Source: Leucobacter sp. (lineage in GTDB: Bacteria > Actinomycetota > Actinomycetes > Actinomycetales > Microbacteriaceae). From it: a stretch of DNA of 64,000 nt. The DNA lies in contig JBQEBC010000004.1 in the NCBI GenBank assembly GCA_052106035.1, positions 7,510 through 71,509 on the forward strand. Reading direction: 5' to 3'. Under the pieces are notes generated by a model. That model was not told the DNA's origin and made no database searches. It saw only the letters and a list, made by a program, of their open reading frames with translations. The position numbers and the translations under genes were made by a program. Numbering within the stretch: the first letter of the stretch is position 1; the number at the start of each line of letters is the position of its first letter. This document shows, in pieces, positions 61,334-64,000 of this stretch.

Positions 61334-63886
61334 TCACACAGCAGGCAGGCGGGGTACCGCCGCGAGCAATTCACGGGTGTATGTCTGTTGCGGATCCGCC
61401 AAGACCCGACTCCCCTGCTCAATAATGCGGCCCGCACGCAACACCACCACCGCGTCGCACAGCTCGTTCACGACCGCGAGGTCATGTGAGATTACGAGCA
61501 GTGCAAGCCCGGTGGTTTCGCGAAGTTTCTTCAACAGGGTAATTATTTCGGCTTGCACGGATACGTCGAGCGCGCTTGTCGCCTCGTCTGCGATGAGTAA
61601 CCTCGGGTTCACTGCGAGCGCGCGGGCAATCGCGACGCGCTGACGCTGTCCACCTGAAAGTTCGTGCGGGTACGAGTTTGCGAGAGCCGCATCGAGGCCA
61701 ACCTGCATGAGCAGCTCAGCTACGCGGGTTCGCTCGGTGCCCCGTGTAGTCTTCTGATTCACGCGTAGCACCTCGGCGATCGCGTCACCCGTGGTACGAC
61801 GTGGGTTGAGTGACGAGGCAGGGTCCTGCGGGATGAGCTGAATGTTGGTGCGCATCTCCTTCGACCTGCGCCCCGGAGGGATCAAAGCCCCATCGAATTC
61901 AATGGTTCCGTCTTCGTGCCGCAGCTCCCCTGCGATCGCCCGCGCGATCGTCGTCTTCCCCGACCCGGATTCGCCGACAAGCCCGAGTGACCCATGCACC
62001 TCGAATGAGATTCCAGAGACCGCTGGGGTGCGCCCATAGTTAATCTTGACGTCACGCAACGCGAGCACGGTCTTGGCGGCAGTTGCGGTGAGATCGGTTG
62101 TGGACACCACCGTGGAGTTTGCAATGGAGCCAGGGAATGGGGTGAGCTCGGGCTCGGGCAACTCGGGAACTGCCTCGATGAGCATGCGCGTGTACGAGTG
62201 TTCGGGCGCGGTGAGCACCTGGAGTGTTGCACCACGTTCAACGATGCGCCCATCTCGCATCACGGCGATGTGCTCGCACACCGATGCAACGACGGCAAGA
62301 TCATGACTCACAAGCACGAGGGTGAGTCCCCGTTCGCGGCGAAGCTCATCGAGCAGAGCAAGTACCTCGCGCTGCACGGTGACATCAAGCGCCGTGGTCG
62401 GCTCATCTGCAAGCAGTACCGAGGGATTGCCGGCGAGCGCCATCGCGATCACAACGCGTTGCCGCTGCCCGCCTGAGAGCTCGTGCGGGTACGAGCGAGC
62501 AATGCGTTTCAGCTCGATATCGCCAACATCCGGACTGCCACTGGACCCGAGGCGCACATCCGCAAGTAGCTCGAGAACCCGTGTGTGTGGGCTCCGTGCG
62601 CCCGCGGCCTGGCACGCCTCGCGCAATTGGGCGCCAACTCGGGTGAGTGGGTCAAGGGCGGCAAGCGGATCCTGGAAGATCATGCCGACGTGTCCGCCCA
62701 GCGTGAATTCGCCGCCCTCAAGGTGCACCCCTGACGGAAGCAGCCCGGCAATCGCGCGAAGGGTGAGGCTCTTCCCTGACCCCGATTCCCCGACGATACC
62801 GAGGGCCCCGCCCGGAGCGACTTCGAGGTCCACGTTATCGACGAGACGATCAGCGGGGCGCTCGTCGGATAATCCACGCGTCGCAATTTGATGCTTCCCA
62901 AGCCCCGAAACAGCAGATCTCGACGCTTCGACCGTGATGGCGTGGGCGATGAGGGAACCCGACGCGGGTGCGGGATGAGACGCGGAATCGGCCGCAGGGT
63001 GGATCTGAGTACGCGATCCGCTTCGAGACTTGCCACGCGGGACGCCGCGCGACCCGCGCTGGCCCCCATCTGTCACACGCATCGCGTCACCGAGCCCATC
63101 GCCGAGCAGCGAGAGCGCGACCCCGGTGATGACAACCGCGACCCCAGGTAACGCCGAAAGCCACCAGTGCGACGTCACGAACGCCTGCCCATCGGCGATC
63201 ATGGTGCCCCAGTCTGGTGTTGGCGGCTGCACCCCAAGCCCGAGATACCCCAGCGTCACAATCGCGACCATGATGAGCACAATTTCAGTGGCGAGCAGCA
63301 CAATGGCTTGCGACAATACGTTCGGCAGCACGTGGCGCACGAGCACGCGCGCATCTGAGAGACCTCCGCCGCGCGCCGCGCGCACCCAGCCCTGCTCACG
63401 CATCGAGGCTGTGAGTGAACGCACCACTCGTGCATACCCCACCCACCCGACGATTGCGAAGGCAACGATTATGCCACCTGCTCCCGCACCGAGTGCGAAC
63501 ACGAGCGCGATGACGAGCACGTAGAAGGGGAAAGCGATAACCGTGTCGGTGATGCGCGAGATCATCCAGTCGACCTGGCGACCAAAGTATCCAGATATGA
63601 GGCCTGCAGTCACCCCCACTATGAACGGGAAGATTGCCGCTGCAAACGCGATGCCTAGGTCGGTGCGGGCCGCAAACAGCACTCGCGAAAATACGTCGCG
63701 CCCAAGCTGGTCGGTACCAAAAAGGTGCTCGCTCGATGGCGGGAGCAATCCCGCGGAGAGATCCTGCGCCGTCGGTGAGTACGGTGCGAGTGACGGGGCG
63801 AAGATCGCGGCGCACACAATGAGTGCAAAGAGGATCGCGCCAGGGACAAAGCTACGCGAGGCAAGCGCGCGTCGAAGAAACCTCAT
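61334..63886 (-). CDS. Fused peptide/nickel ABC permease (DppC-like) plus two ATPase domains
   Basis: HLFGTDQLGRD and PPTPDWG motifs, then two sets of GESGSGK / YPHELSGGQRQR / ADE in one frame. Confidence 0.9.
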   Translation of the reverse strand: MRFLRRALASRSFVPGAILFALIVCAAIFAPSLAPYSPTAQDLSAGLLPPSSEHLFGTDQLGRDVFSRVLFAARTDLGIAFAAAIFPFIVGVTAGLISGYFGRQVDWMISRITDTVIAFPFYVLVIALVFALGAGAGGIIVAFAIVGWVGYARVVRSLTASMREQGWVRAARGGGLSDARVLVRHVLPNVLSQAIVLLATEIVLIMVAIVTLGYLGLGVQPPTPDWGTMIADGQAFVTSHWWLSALPGVAVVITGVALSLLGDGLGDAMRVTDGGQRGSRGVPRGKSRSGSRTQIHPAADSASHPAPASGSLIAHAITVEASRSAVSGLGKHQIATRGLSDERPADRLVDNVDLEVAPGGALGIVGESGSGKSLTLRAIAGLLPSGVHLEGGEFTLGGHVGMIFQDPLAALDPLTRVGAQLREACQAAGARSPHTRVLELLADVRLGSSGSPDVGDIELKRIARSYPHELSGGQRQRVVIAMALAGNPSVLLADEPTTALDVTVQREVLALLDELRRERGLTLVLVSHDLAVVASVCEHIAVMRDGRIVERGATLQVLTAPEHSYTRMLIEAVPELPEPELTPFPGSIANSTVVSTTDLTATAAKTVLALRDVKINYGRTPAVSGISFEVHGSLGLVGESGSGKTTIARAIAGELRHEDGTIEFDGALIPPGRRSKEMRTNIQLIPQDPASSLNPRRTTGDAIAEVLRVNQKTTRGTERTRVAELLMQVGLDAALANSYPHELSGGQRQRVAIARALAVNPRLLIADEATSALDVSVQAEIITLLKKLRETTGLALLVISHDLAVVNELCDAVVVLRAGRIIEQGSRVLADPQQTYTRELLAAVPRLPAV

Positions 63887-64000
63887 CGCACCCTCCGAAG
63901 CCTCGGGTCAATGAGCGCGGAGAGCACCTGGGCGGCAAACGAAACGACCACGACAAGCACCGCGCAGTAGAGCGCGACGCCCTGCACAACAGGAAAGTCG
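63883..64000 (-). CDS. Peptide ABC permease (DppB-like), 3' end only
   Basis: DFPVVQGVALYCAVLVVVVSFAAQVLSALIDPRLRRVR*, with the stop overlapping the next ATG. Confidence 0.85.
   Translation of the reverse strand, partial: DFPVVQGVALYCAVLVVVVSFAAQVLSALIDPRLRRVR

Overview
High-GC actinobacterial chromosome segment. Gene content and order resemble Microbacteriaceae, possibly Leucobacter (inference, no database search). It is mostly core genome: two iron-siderophore ABC operons, purL, a heme cluster (hemA divergent from hemE-hemY-hemC-hemD-hemB-hemL), a GH3 lipoprotein, tmk-topA, a minimal Tad/Flp pilus locus, acs, ridA, a class A PBP, ask-asd-dapL, dnaX-recR, SRP RNA followed by a solitary ectB-pta-ackA-nitrilase run, a heterodimeric ABC exporter, a sodium:solute symporter with a small partner, rplJ-rplL with the L10 leader, an orphan response regulator, a YqaJ-like nuclease, NfeD-flotillin-PH genes and a fused peptide ABC gene. 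I found no CRISPR array, IS, integrase, prophage, rRNA or tRNA. The most notable observations are: (1) an identical 17-bp promoter element at the same offset from DtxR/IdeR boxes in both iron operons; (2) a 17-bp tandem repeat forming a relay of coupled MSKALS mini-ORFs; (3) a permease split at a G5 run into two ATGA-coupled halves; (4) dapL plus an orphan ectB, suggesting unusual diamino-acid metabolism; (5) a structured ~300-nt leader ahead of the symporter. None of these is established as a new system from sequence alone.
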